A model generated the notes under the pieces. That model worked only from the letters and a program-made list of their open reading frames with translations. It was not told where the DNA came from and ran no database searches. A stretch of DNA of 64,000 nucleotides from Hormiphora californensis (lineage: Eukaryota > Animalia > Ctenophora): contig CM035352.1 in NCBI GenBank assembly GCA_020137815.1, forward strand, positions 6,510,001-6,574,000, in the 5' to 3' direction. Below, piece after piece: positions 28,388 to 41,679 of the stretch. Every line of letters starts with the position of its first letter. Position 1 is the first letter of the stretch. The translations under genes and the position numbers were made by a program.

Positions 28388-28459
28388 CTGTCAGGCCAAT
28401 GCTCTGACCACAGTTCTTCTTGAGAGAAACGAGATTGGGTCAGGCCAATGCTCTGACAG
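28388..28459. mobile_element. 72-bp mini transposon, same family as 26262-26331
   Basis: ctcattgc|CTGTCAG...CTGACAG|ctcattgc. Confidence 0.85.
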
Positions 28460-28718
28460 CTCATTGCTGATTGCCGGACTCCTGATCATCCACCTCTCTA
28501 TCTTCCTCTATCCTAATATATCTCTCTGACACTATCGCATTCTCTCTGAAACTTTCGAGCATTCTCCCTGTTACTCTCTAACCTAGTAGTAGCACGATTA
28601 ACAAAAGTAAAACACAAGCTGCTGCAGCGCTAAAAGTTCAGTCAGGATTTCGTCCCAAATCTATAGTTGGGATCACTTGTAGGAAGAGTGGCCTACTGCA
28701 GTTAGAATTGGGAAAATC

Positions 28719-31700
28719 TCACGCGGCCAGTTCCTGAAAGATAAAAAAACAGATTTAGTTTTGGTGTTGTACAAATAACTCTGGATAGGAACTACAGTAT
28801 CATAGTAGTACAGTATCATTTATGATCTACAGCTGAACCCTCACAGAAATAAAATGACGGCACGTGTGACCAGTGCCACACAACAGTGTAAAGACAACCT
28901 ACCTCTCTGAGTTTTTTGATGTCATAATTCTTCCTCCGTATCTCTTCCTGGTGTTGCTTTTTCAGCATGTCTATCTGACCCTCAGTACGGGGGTCAGGAC
29001 AGTGATGGTGAAGAGAGGGCTCTGATGATCCTACTCCGTTCTTTACAGCCTGAGAAATATTAGGTTATATCAGGCTATTAGATCATACGTGTGTGTAATA
29101 ATTCTCTGTTGATGAATAATTATCCATTGATGAAAAAATATCCATCGATGACTAACGACGAAAAGTAAAAGCTCTTATGACACAACTTGTGTGTGGAAAA
29201 CAACGTACATTCCTCTGGACTAGAGCGCTATTTAGTCTCTGTTGTTGGTCCAGGTCTCCCTTGAGATGGTTTATAGTCTTCCTAAGAGTTCCTGTCTCCT
29301 CCTGGAGAGAGGCTAGCTGCTTCCGGAGCAGTGTCGCATCCGTTTCAGCATTATCCGCGGACACCTCACAGTCCCTGAAAAGTTGAGAATGTCGGGGATG
29401 AGGAAGGGAGAATATTGGGGAAGGGGAGAATCAATGATTGTAGATTTAAGTTGCCTAATATTTTCATTGTATTGATTTAAAAAACATATTCTTTGATTTA
29501 AAACGTCTTATCTACATTACAGATTAACCGCTTAACCTCAAAGAGTATTCGGTAGTAATGTATTGAACCAACAATGTTGGTACGATTAAATCACTCGAAC
29601 AAACGACCACCAATATTCCAGCTCATTTTGTTGAGTAAGGGGGAGGAGTGGGAGAGGTCTCACACTCTTCCCCTTACTCAACAAAGCTCATTAGCATCAG
29701 ATTCAAGTTACCTTAGCTGAGAGAGATCGTCCTGGTATGAAGATAAAATGACATCTTTCTGTGTGAGTCTCGTTGAGATTGCCACTATTTCAGCTCCCAG
29801 GTCGGCTGTAAGGAGGGCTCTATCCTGCAGGAACTGCTCCAGGTGCTCCACAGTTAGGGCCGGGATGGGAGGTTGTGGCTGGTTGAGGTGCCCTCGAATC
29901 TCATTAGCCAGGGTTGAGAACTGGGGAAACATGGGGTTATTAGAACATTTCAAAATTAGTACTTATAATACACTGCAATCTATCATCTACTACTATCAAT
30001 AAACACGGTGATTAAATAAAGAACAAAAATACTGTGTAATGCAACTACTTACACACGCCTCAGAGTGTCCCAGTAACCGTTGTGAGTCGTTCAGTTCTCC
30101 CTTCAGGTGCTTCAGCAGGTCAGAATTCTTCTCAGTCGTTGTGTTGAGCTGGCGAGCCTATCGTGTTACGTTTAGCCAAGAGTTGTGTGTGTGAAGTGAG
30201 CTGCGATGATGTGAGTCGTACAGAGTGTCTTGAAATAATTGTTGCTGAAGTGAATGAACAAGTAATATTGATTAGGGGAGCCACAGGTAATATGGGAAAT
30301 TTGGTAAAATGGGAAATCGGTGTTTTGAAAAGATTGGCCATGTTACAGGCTCATAAATAGTTAATAACTCTTATTAGTGATCTTAGATTAGTTCTGAAAC
30401 CGTTTATAGCCTTGGTGGGAAGTGTTTAGATGGTACACTAGCACCCTCGTCATCTTAAAATAAGGAAAGTAAAAATTCAGGCCACTTTTTTCATTTGGTA
30501 CACACGTCTCTGTTTCTTTGAGAAATTATCGATTGGCTTAGTTTATGAGCAAGATATTTATTAGCGATACCTGAAGAGATCAGATCATCAGAATGAACGT
30601 GTCTAATTATAATTAGCTAATTATAGAAACTCATGGTTTTGGTATAATGGGATACTTTTATTTTACTGAAATGGGATACCCCATTTTACCAAATTTTCAC
30701 TATCCCATTTTTCCAAAACATGTTTTTGAAAAATGGGATACTGAAATTTTGGCTGTTTAAACGGCCATTTTAAACGCAAACTTCTCAGTTAGGATTATTA
30801 ATATAGCCTATTTTCGTTCATAACTCGAAAAAAACTTGTATTCTCTGAAAAAATGCACCGAGTGACAACTGCAGAATACGACTACACGTGTGGATATAAT
30901 TATTCAATTCTCATTAATCTAATCTTCTATTATAGACACCAAAAGGTTTCTGATATCCGTGTAGCTTTCTTAGTTTAGCAGTTACTAAATATTATCCACA
31001 TTTATGTGTTAACGATCGACTCTTTGGTCCCCAATTCTTTAGCAAATTTTAGAGAATTTCTAAATTTTGGACCTGTCTGAAATTATATACAGGTAGCACC
31101 CCGCTAGGAAATGAACATGTTCACGCTTTTACCCCTCCTGTTGAACTTAGTAGTGTTAAATGAGGCTTTAGGGACCCGTTGGTGAAGAAATTAGGCAGCT
31201 TGTTCCTAAATTTTCGTGATTTCACGGCTGCCGTCTATTATAGGGCCTTCAGACCATTTACTAATTATAAATAAAACTTAAATACCATTACAAACTAGTT
31301 TAATCTAAGCAAAGTGCAACTTAAAGTTACCATATTTTGAGGAAAATTAATTTTGATAAAATGGGATACCAATTTTTTGATAAAATGGGATATCCCATTT
31401 TCGTTAAAAATGGGTATCCCATTTCACCAAAATAAAATTCCACTGCATATTTTCAAGGTAATATGGGATAGTGCCAGATCTCCGTTGTGGAGCATTCGTT
31501 AGGATAATTTTGGTGGTAATGTGTTAGCCTGGTCCAAATAAGACACACCTATGAAGACGGCGTGACTTTATTGTCATCTGAGAAAAAATTATGGCCAAAA
31601 GTTGTTAGGTATCCCATATTACCTGTGGCTCCCCTATATGGAAAACGGGAAACCCCATTTGTGTGTATTTCAGGAACCGACCGAATTAGGAAATACTGGT

Positions 31701-34700
31701 CCCTGATTGGCTGATAACCAGTCACGTGACCTAAATAACGAGTTCTGATTGGTTGTTTACTTGTTTCGGTCGGTTCCTGATATATATACCTTGCTCTTTA
31801 GTTCATTTTCCTTCTCCTCCCACTCCGAATCTTTGGATTTTAGTGCTGTTCTCAACTCATTCAGCTCCTTCTTCAAACGACAAACCTGCTGGTTGCCCTC
31901 TGCTGGCTCTGAAATCATTACAAGTTGGGCAGAGATTACAAACTGCTGAATTCAGTCCGATATATAGTTGGAGTTGCGATAAAAATAGAAGGTGTAAGAG
32001 AGAGAGAGAGATATCTCGAGATACTGTTCATATATTTTCTTCGGTACAATAAGTATGTAATCTCACCTGGCAGGCTCGGTGACTTCTTCTTAATTTCACG
32101 CCGCAGCTCAGAAAGGGCAAGTCTCTGTTTGTCGATGATAATGCTATGCCTCTCACTAACACACTTGTGTCCCTGCTCCATTGCATCCTTGCTCTCAGGC
32201 GTCTGAAAAGTTACTTTGCTTGACCTGCCGAACCCTTACAGAAATGCAGAGTGAGTTAAATATAGCACTTAAGATGGAATCTACAAAGTGAAACAAGCGG
32301 TTTCAGAGAATAGATGGAATCTAAAGTGCTTTCTATACTAATTAGTGAGACGGCACTGGTGAAAGTGCTCTACAAGCTCGAGCTGTTATATCTTTTTGCT
32401 AAATGCAAAATGATAAAAAGATATTTCCAGATTTCCAAAATCATAAATATAAGTTTCCGAACTTACCAACTCCTTTTCTCGGTACTCGATCTGCACTTTA
32501 GGAGGAGATCTGGGTGCCAACCTCTCTGGTACATTAGCTAATTTCTTCTTTGTGTTCGCTAGTTCCCTCTTCAGCCCCTCGACAACCTTGACATGGGCAT
32601 CAATGGCCCTCTCCTGTTCCACTACCTTCTCCCTCAGCGTCTCCATCTCTATCTTTTGTCCCTCACTCAGTTCCCCGCTCATGTCAGATAGACGGGCAGC
32701 GGCACCCGCTAGATCGCACCGTAGACCCTGAATCTGGACCGCACGTTGGTCCGCCTCCGCCTTGGCTAGGCCGTACTCTCGCCTGGTAATATGGGAGATG
32801 TCAATATGGTGGTTAGGAAGTCACCCATTCACGTCAGATTAACGTCACTGGGGTGCCCGTGGGGAAGTCATTATAAAGGTGCCATTACACTTGATAAGAT
32901 CTTTATATTAGGAGATCTAGTAATACAAAGATGCAGCTGGACACAGAAGGCACCAAGCTGTTGGTTACGAAATAACCCCTCCTTCGTAGGTCGTGCTTGC
33001 AGTGGTGCTCCCTCATATTGGCCACCCGCGCAGCGCCACCCAAAGCGTTGTCCACGACGTCCAAGACGCACCAAAAAAGCGGACTGCGTCTAATTGACGT
33101 CTTGGACAACGCTTTGGGCGACACTTTATGTAGGGATCCAATATGACGGAGTACCGCGTCGGAAAGGGAGGGGTTCAGCTTCGTAACCAAATCAACCTGA
33201 GGGTATTGGCGAGTGTTGTAAGCCGGTGTATATCTTTCTTCATATCTTCCTCTCTTGCCTTTAAGATATCATATGGCTCCGGGGGAGGAGGTGGCATACC
33301 TGAAACATGGTGGTCCTTGTTTGGGCTGCTACTGCAGAGAGCAGTATAATATTTTCTGGGAGTACCATCCTGACTCATCAGTCCCAACATCTTATTAAGT
33401 ACTACTGGTAATTAAGATGTCATCAGTCCCAACATCTTATTAAGTACTACTGGTAATTAAGATGTCATCAGTCCCAACATCTTATTAAGTACTACTGGTA
33501 ATTAAGATGTCACCACCAGTAGTACTGCAGTTCTACTACACAGTGTCAACTAGTAATGTCCGGACTGATGATGGTAATCCCCGAAAATATTCTACTGCTC
33601 ACTAGGGCTCTAGGCAGAGAAAGAGGGGTTCTAAACTAGGAACCGACCGAAACACGTAAACTGATTCGGTCGGTTCCTGCTCTAAACACGTACCATTCAA
33701 CTTGCTGATAGAGGTGGTAAGGTTGGTTTCTAGCTCGGTACACTTTCCAGACATGGTATGTAGTCGATTCTCCATGGTTACTATGGTAACCGCATACTGC
33801 CGGTTCTGAAAAGAAAGGACAGCTGTTATGTAGAGACAAACCGATATGAGTCCACAAAATGGGGTCCTGGTGCAGTGCCAGAAGCTGCGGTGTTGTGAGT
33901 TGTGAGAAATGGTTGTCACCAGCATCTCTCATCAAGTTGACAACAGTTCACCTGTTCACGAAGAGACTCCTGTCTCCTCCTCAAGAGAGGTCATCTTCTC
34001 ACTCTGGCTGAGACACCTTCCCCTCAGTTCCAGGGTATCACTATCAAACTTAGAGATCTTACTACGCAGACTCTCCTGACAAGCACAATGTGTTAGATAT
34101 ATAGGTTTTATTACACCGTGTCTCAATCTTTTATCTTCTGGCTTATTCTATCTAATTTCTCTCTTTCCCTCTCTTATTTCTTTTATCAACTTGTTTCTTG
34201 ACATGCATGGGATACTATATGCATTTGTGGAGCAGAGAGATATGATCGAGGACAGTTAAAACCTATCCTGAATAGAATACTCAGCATGTCATGCCGAATT
34301 GTTGTGATCGATAATACGATAATTTACCAAATACGTCATGGATAATTACAGATGACACTTGAGATGAAGCAGATATAGAGAAGAGAGAACTCTATTTTCC
34401 AACAGTTGCCATGGCAACATCTCAATATCGAATGAAGTGTGGCCTCGCACAACAACGCGCACCCCGCGCCCCTCCCTGTGGCTGAGTAGAGTGAAAACTT
34501 TTAACTAAAGGGATGTTACCGCGCGTTACAGACATGGAGGGAAGTAGTGGGGGACAGGTGTGTGTCACACATGGGTATCCTCACTACCCCCACGTGCAGA
34601 TCCAGGTCAAGCAAATGATCCTCTTACCTCAATCAATTTTGAGGTTTTCTCAGTGTTTCGCAGCTCTTCAACGAGTCCCTCTAGCTCAGTTATCTTGCCT

Positions 34701-37700
34701 TGAAGCTCCGCGTTGGACTGAAAGAGATGGTCAATGTTTAGTTTTCTTGGGAGATATTATATGGACATTCTATCATATAACCAATTATTGAAAAAGTTCA
34801 AATTACCGATTTTAGGGTCCCAAGTTCTTGTTCCATATCACATATCGTTCCCTTCATGTTGCCTCTCTCCCTACAGTGTTCCTTCACAAGTTCATCTTGT
34901 TTTTGCTGTTCCGACACGTACAAAGCTCTCATCTGCTCCTCATGCACCCTCTTCAGACTCTAAATAAAAGTTAACTTTCAATTAAAATAGGAGTTTAGAG
35001 GATTTATTGAGGTAACATTAGAGTCGGTTATGTGTTTTGCAGGTGTATCAATCTATTATGAAGGCTCCCAGACTCCCTGCAGTAGTGGATCTAAAACGTA
35101 CCGATATTTCGTCTCGTTGCTGGGTAGTCAGTGTCTTGTGCTGGAGTGCTAATTGAGCCTCATAAGTTGTCAATAGTGTTGGTCAGTTTCCCCTCCAATG
35201 ATGCCTTATCCTGGCCCAACGCCAGGGCTTTTTCCTTCAGACTCTCCAGGATGAGATCGGCCCCTGGGGAGCCTTGGGTTTGAAGATTAATAGAGCGAAC
35301 ACGTAGCAGCAGACATTAGTTAGCATTTTATTGTTCTAACAATCTAACCCTCCTTTTATTTACAGGGTCGAAAAAGGCAAGATTAGCAGATGAGAGAGAG
35401 AGGATATTTTAAGATTTGAAATGAACAATGATTCAGCTTCCCAGCAATCACAGCTTTACAACACACCAGGAACCGACCGAAACAAGTAAACAACTAATCA
35501 GAACTCGTTATTTAGGTCACGTGACTGGTTATCAGCCAATCAGGGACCAGTATTTCCTGATTCGGTCGGTTCCTGCAACACACCACCAATACACACAAGT
35601 CCTTACCAATATCAGACGGTATAGAGGTAACTTTTGCAGCTTTACTCGCCTTTCTCTCCTTCATCTCTAGTTCTGTAGCTAGCCTTTCTACACTTCGTAC
35701 CATTGTCAATATGGCTCCCTGTCACACAATAGGGTAAACCGGGGCAAAATGGTTAACTTTTTACTTAATCGGTTCTCACTCCCATTTAAAAAAAGATACA
35801 ATGAAATCTATCTCATCCGAATTGTCTTCTAGAACATTTTACACTCTAGTGGTGCTACAATCTGCCCAACCCCTTGGTTGTGTTTGATCGTTTTCGTTTA
35901 TCTTTATCACCATTGGAAATGTTTACACCTCTCATCTCATCACCAACAACATCACGGTACCAATCATCCATCAAGGTCGTAAGTTCACCTGTCCGTATTG
36001 TTTGTTCATTTATTGTGTACAGTTGATATTGTGAATGTAATTGATTGTTCAATAATTAAGAGTAAGACAAGACATAGCTTGAGAGTGTGCCCCAGACAGA
36101 CCAACATACGATAAATATCAAACCAGACCAAGACCCTCTCAAAGGCAAAACGTTACCTACCCGACCAAGACCTTCTCAAAGGCAAAACGTTACCTATTTT
36201 CAAGACCAAGACCCTCTCAAAGGCAAAATGTTACCTACCCGACCAAGACCCTCTCAAAGGCAAAACGTTACCTATTATCAAGACCAAGACCCTCTCAAAG
36301 GCAAAATGTTACCTACCCGACCAAGATCCTCTCAAAGGCAAAACGTTACCTAAAAGACCAAGATCCTATCAAAAGTTCCAGAAATTTAAACCATGAGTCT
36401 CTTTCTCTCCCAACGGGAGAGAAAGGGACTCAGCGCCATAGTTACCACATACCCGGGTTGGTATGGAGGTTTGCTGAGCGTATCCCATGGTTTAGTGACA
36501 AACAAACAAACAAACAGGTAACTTTTGCAGCTTTACTCGCCTTTCTCTCCTTCATCTCTAGTTCTGTAGCTAGCCTTTCTACACTTCGTACCATTGTCAA
36601 TATGGCTCCCTGTCACACAATAGGGTAAACCGGGGCAAAATGGTTAACTTTTTACTTAATCGGTTCTCACTCCCATTTAAAAAAAGATACAATGAAAAAA
36701 ATTATATAGGATTAAAGTTCATTATTTTATCTTTCAAATAAGATAAATTTCAACTATAGGGACCATCATTTACTTAACTAAATAACTAATTGAAAAATTT
36801 TGGTCGGAAAAATTGGTACCGGGGCAATTCGAGCATCACCAATAGGAGTGCTTTATTTCGTCACGTGGGAGTCACGTGAACGTCCTCACAACACCAGAAG
36901 AAGATTCCCGCCTGGTGTTGTTAGAGGTGGGGGCAATTCGAACAATGTAATCTACACGCAATCTACACGCTGGTCGTTCTTGCTCGAATTGCCCCGGTAT
37001 CACGCGTGATCACGTGGTGCAAAGAACTGTACATCATTGGCCCGGGAGTTAACCAAATTGCCCCGGTGTGTTAACCAAATTGCCCATGTTCGAATTGCCC
37101 CGGTTGTTCGAATTGCCCCGGTAATCTTAATTTACCAGAATTTGGAATGAAAACATGCGAATATTCAAATAATTTTTATACCATCTGAAAGCTGATATTA
37201 TTAGCTTTCAGCTGGTTTTTTCAAATCGGAAATTGACCAACTTAAACCGGATCTAGAGCCTATTTAGTGGTAACGGGCAGGCTCGAACGAGCAGTTTTCT
37301 TCTGGAGATAGGATGACGTCATTATGATAGCTTAACTAGGTGAGAGACGGGCAGTACTATGTTCGAATTGCCCCAGTTGTTCGAATTGCCCCGGTTTACC
37401 CTAATAATTACTAAGGGACTATGTAGTGACGCTTTTGAATGAAAAGGTCTTCCATAAATGGGATAAACGTTGTTTTACAAATAAATTCTTGGGGGGATAG
37501 AGTCTAGATAGACTGTTCTGTGCAACGCATTAACTAAACTCATACATCTTCAAAGACATTGATTGGTTATAGCTTCACATTTTTCTACGTTTCCCAGCCT
37601 GGAGGTCTACCGACATGGAATAGTTGATGCATGTTTGGTTACATATATTACCTGAAGCCAGTTGATGTTCTCAGCTATCTCGAGTGCAGCTATCTTATCT

Positions 37701-38659
37701 CCCTCCTTAGAGACCCTACTACTGAGATCATGAGAGGTGGTTTCCTGGTGAAGAATCTCCATTAGAGAGAGCGTCTCCAACTCAATCTTAGCGAGATCAC
37801 CATGCACTGATTCATAACCTGGGGGAGTTAAAATAGTTTACCACGCGGAGTTTTAATCAGAAGATGTTTGTCTTACTCGACCTTCTCTCACTTTTGTAAA
37901 AGAAGGGTTAGAACACAACCCGAAGAAGTTCGCTATGTATGTGGGTGTGTATAACACTACAAACTACCTGTCCTGAGCAGGGAAAGTTCCTCCTCTGTCT
38001 TAGAAAGGTTAGTTCTAGTTTCCAAATGGCTCGCTACAAACTGAGACAATCGATCTAACAGCTCCCCCTCTCCTCCCTCGGGTGAGACCTTTGCCAAACT
38101 TTCCCGCAATCTTGATTCGTGGTTCCGTAACTGGGGGTTGGATCAGAAATAAAGTGGCTGATCTTTGTCTTCATTACATTTGGCTAGATACATGTTCAGA
38201 TCTTACATAATATTAATATATAATCAAGGTTTATTATTATGTATCTAGGGTAGTCGCCAGCCGGACTAGAAATCAGGAACCGACCGAATCAGGAAATACT
38301 GGTCCCTGATTGGCTGATAACCAGTCACGTGACCTAAATAACGAGTTCTGATTGGCTGTTTACTTAATTCGGTCGGTTCCTGCTAGAAATGAACAGTACC
38401 TTTACATCAGCTTCCTTTGCCTCTAATTTCAGCAGCTTCTCCAGCCTTCCCTTATCAGTAACTTCCGACTGTAACTTCCCTACCATATCCCGTGCTTGCA
38501 CGTGCATACGTGTCTCGTGTGCCAGTTTGGTTTGGAGCTCAGCCAGATCTCGCTCCAGATGGGCCGCCTTGTCCGAGTTTTCCTGGCCTTCCCTTTTAGC
38601 ATCTCGTACTTGCTGTGGAAGGATTGGAGTGGAGTGAGAGAGAGAAAGAGAGGGAGAGA

Positions 38660-38730
<71 letters not shown>

Positions 38731-41029
38731 TGAGCGCTTGTCAAACATATGATGCAATGCTGTGAATGGCTATTATACATGCGTGCATCTCGCAAGGAGA
38801 GATTGAGATAAAACTAAAGATTAAGAGACATGTGTCTTTGCCGCAGAGCCGCACTATGCAGACATGCTATGTGAATGTTGAAAATATAAAATTCTGTCAC
38901 GCCACAGGATTCCCAAGAATTAAGATTTTAATTAACCGTAAATGTGACTCTTCATCGTTCATCTTAAACTAGAATTAAAGCTCTAGAGAGCGGAATCAGC
39001 AGCAGCAGCAGCAGCAAGTTTGTTTTGGATGCTTGGAATGCATGTGGAAGATTGGAAATTATCGTGTCAGCAAGGTAACAAGTTAAGATGCACACGTGTA
39101 GAGTCTTCCATGATTTCTATCCCCCTCTCTTTCTCTCTCTCCCTCGCCCCCTTCCCTCTTTCAATATTTTGCTTAAACAGCAAATCAAAAAGCTAAAAAA
39201 GCTAGAAATTAGTGTGTACCTTTCTCAGGCACTTGTTCTCCTTCACATAGATCAGGTTTTGTTCCTTCAGCTCGTCTGGTTTCACCCTGAAGGTATTAAA
39301 CTCGGCCCGGACATGCCGCAATTCAGCCTCTTTCTCTGCCAACTGCCGCCTCAACGTTACAACTGGAGAAAATCGGGGTGCTGTACACGTGTTAAATTAG
39401 TGCATTTAGGAACACTATTAGTGGTGTTGAGAAAATGAGTCGATCCTCAAAACAAGAAATAAAATGAAACAAGATGAGAATGTAATCAGGTATACCTGTG
39501 CCACTGTTGGCGTTTTTATCACGATTCATAGTTTCAACCTGACCCTTTAGCTCCTCTATCTTTCTATCTCTATCCTGCAGCTCACTCTGGAGACTTGACA
39601 AAACAGCATTTGCAGTTTGCACTTCCGTCTTCTGTTTCTCCAGCTTGAACAGGGCGGTATTCTCCCCGTGCCGGAGGCTGTCTATCTCTCGTTCTGTAGT
39701 GGATCCGAGTGGATAATATGAACAAACAAGAAATAGAATTTGTTGAAAAAAACATCAGAACCTCGAGAACAATCTCCTGATATCCGCCTGCCCATAATGC
39801 GAAACCACCGGACGGTGGTTCCTGATGGTAGGGGGACCCATGTCAGGTTGGGCCAAAAGACGTCGGAAACACTCACCTAGTTTTGATATGCTGCCAGCAT
39901 CAACCTGCTGAACTTGACAATTCCTAAACTGCTGGACCTCCTCCGATAACGCGGATAACTTGCCCTCCTGGGCCACAACAGTCCTTTGTAGCATATCTAG
40001 CAGGCCATTCTCCCCAGTTTGTTGCTGTGAAGGGTGGTAGTGTGGTTGGGCGGGTGGAATTCCGTTTAGGATATTCCGCTTCATTGTACTTCGCCTGAAA
40101 CATGATAAATGCAATGTTGAGATGGCATTATGGTCAATTTGGTACACAATTGGTTTATTGGGAGACATCTCTTACCCAGATAAAATAGCAGAATGTGCCC
40201 GTGGACCATTTATGTCTCCATTTTGTTCCTGCTGAAATAAGAATCTCACTTTACTATACTGCAATACCAGAATCATCTAATGTTTCAACAAAATTCAATT
40301 CATCACACGGTTACCATGGCAACTGCATACCTTTCGTGTGGTTGGTGCAGATGATGCCCTGCTATCAGGACCAGTTATTATGGGCGTCAGGAACTCAGGC
40401 TTGTTGCCACTTGGAGTTAGAAATGTGAACGCTGGACTATCTAAAAAGTGGGGTTTGATGTTCAATAGAATGAAGTTCAACAGACATGATTCTATCATTA
40501 AAACCATTACACCTGTTTGAGCAGCTTCAATAATCAAAATCATCGCATATTGGATTATGGGAATGAGTTTCTGAGTCGATACTACAGAGCCAATTGAACT
40601 TGCAAAACACCAACTTACTCGGTCCAAGTTTAATAACATCCCCACAATTCAGTTTCACCGAAGCACCGCTTACTCTACACTGATTAACATATGTTCCTTC
40701 AGACGTCCCTAAATCATGTAGCACATAGTCAGATGAACTCCGTTTTTCAATGATCAGATGTTGGGCTGCAACCTCCGGACCCTGAAAGATTGTGCTATCA
40801 AAGGCCTCCCTTGCACCTCCAGAGATCTCCCGACGACGTTCCCGGGAGATCTCCCAGAGACGTCATTGATGATCGTCGTCTTCCGTCTATATTGACATCA
40901 GTCATCAGAGTGTCCAATACAATGGAATAATTAACTAACCTGTACTAGCAGTTCACAGTCTTTAGTACCAATAGTAGTTTTAGGAACAGAAAGACAAATT
41001 TGGCTATTGTCAGGGTGCTGTCTCAGCAT
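28719..41029 (-). CDS. FHAD1: Multi-exon (~25) FHA-domain + long coiled-coil protein, FHAD1-like
   Basis: N-terminal exons give KTTIGTKDCELLVQ|GPEVAAQHLIIE..YVLHDLGTSEGTYVNQCRVSGASVKLNCGDVIKLG, an FHA domain resembling the FHAD1 N-terminus. Many heptad-rich exons follow with GT-AG junctions; last exon ELAA-stop at 28719. Start codon tentative; orthology not tested. Confidence 0.75.
30275..31634. mobile_element. Non-autonomous DNA transposon, TA-flanked, TIR GGGGAGCCACAGGTAATATGGGA
   Basis: Perfect 23-bp TIRs, subterminal aaatgggata repeats, no ORF. Confidence 0.85.
31671..31779. mobile_element. 109-bp hAT-type MITE, copy 3
   Basis: Same TIRs; TSD degenerate. Confidence 0.85.
33376..33512. 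repeat. 46-bp tandem repeat x3 in intron
   Basis: catcagtcccaacatcttattaagtactactggtaattaagatgt repeated. Confidence 0.9.
33637..33679. mobile_element. Internally deleted 43-bp derivative of the hAT MITE (copy 4)
   Basis: aggaaccgaccgaa...ttcggtcggttcct; near-TSD ttctaaac/ctctaaac. Confidence 0.8.
35467..35575. mobile_element. 109-bp hAT-type MITE, copy 5
   Basis: Same TIRs; TSD caacacac. Confidence 0.9.
35807..36515 (+). mobile_element. 709-bp non-coding retroposon-like insertion with (CAAA)n tail and 182-bp flanking direct repeats
   Basis: Direct repeats at 35625-35806 and 36516-36697; tail acaaacaaacaaacaaac; internal ~36-40-bp tandem array ccaagaccctctcaaaggcaaaa at 36128-36365. Confidence 0.65.
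36623..37401. mobile_element. Non-autonomous DNA transposon, TA-flanked, TIR GGGTAAACCGGGGCAA
   Basis: ta|gggtaaaccggggcaa ... ttgccccggtttaccc|ta; internal aattgcccc repeats; related to 17862-19489. Confidence 0.85.
38274..38382. mobile_element. 109-bp hAT-type MITE, copy 6
   Basis: Same TIRs; TSD ctagaaat. Confidence 0.9.
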
Positions 41030-41679
41030 CCTAGAATTAAGATAATGTTATTTACTGTGCATTACAAAGGCAATTGATAGACATAGACTTGCAAAATCCA
41101 AAGAAGTGCCGAGTGGGCGCTTCCTTCGAAGTTATAAGTGTTTTTATCTTCTTTTGACAGTGGTGAGTGATCACTGGTCAGTGACAATGTGACATAGCCT
41201 TCAAACGGGTTCATTAACGATCTGGGCTTCGTTGTAAAGGAACAATTGATTATGAACAAATTGAATAGAAAATTAAACTTTCGCCAATCACCTCTCAGCC
41301 TCTCCAAATTGGTGCAATGGACGGAAACAAGTTCAATCATCGGCATTGCTTCAGGCGATTTTCAAAGCTTTTCAAATAGTGAGGGAACTGGCTCTCCGGC
41401 CAAGCGGTTCCCTGTGCTTCCGAGATCAGAGGCGTATGGCGGCGCATTGACGCAAAATCAAAAAAAATAAAAACATGAAAAAAATAAAAAAACGTGTTTC
41501 AAAAAACATGTTTTTAAAAAAACATGTTTTCGAAAATTTTGATTTTGCGTCAATGCGCCACGTAAGCCGGCTCAATGACGCAAAATCATGTTTTCAAAAA
41601 TTTTTATTTTGCGTCAATGCGCCACGTGGCCGGCGCATTGACGCAAAATCAAAATTTTCGAAAACATATTTTTTTAAAA

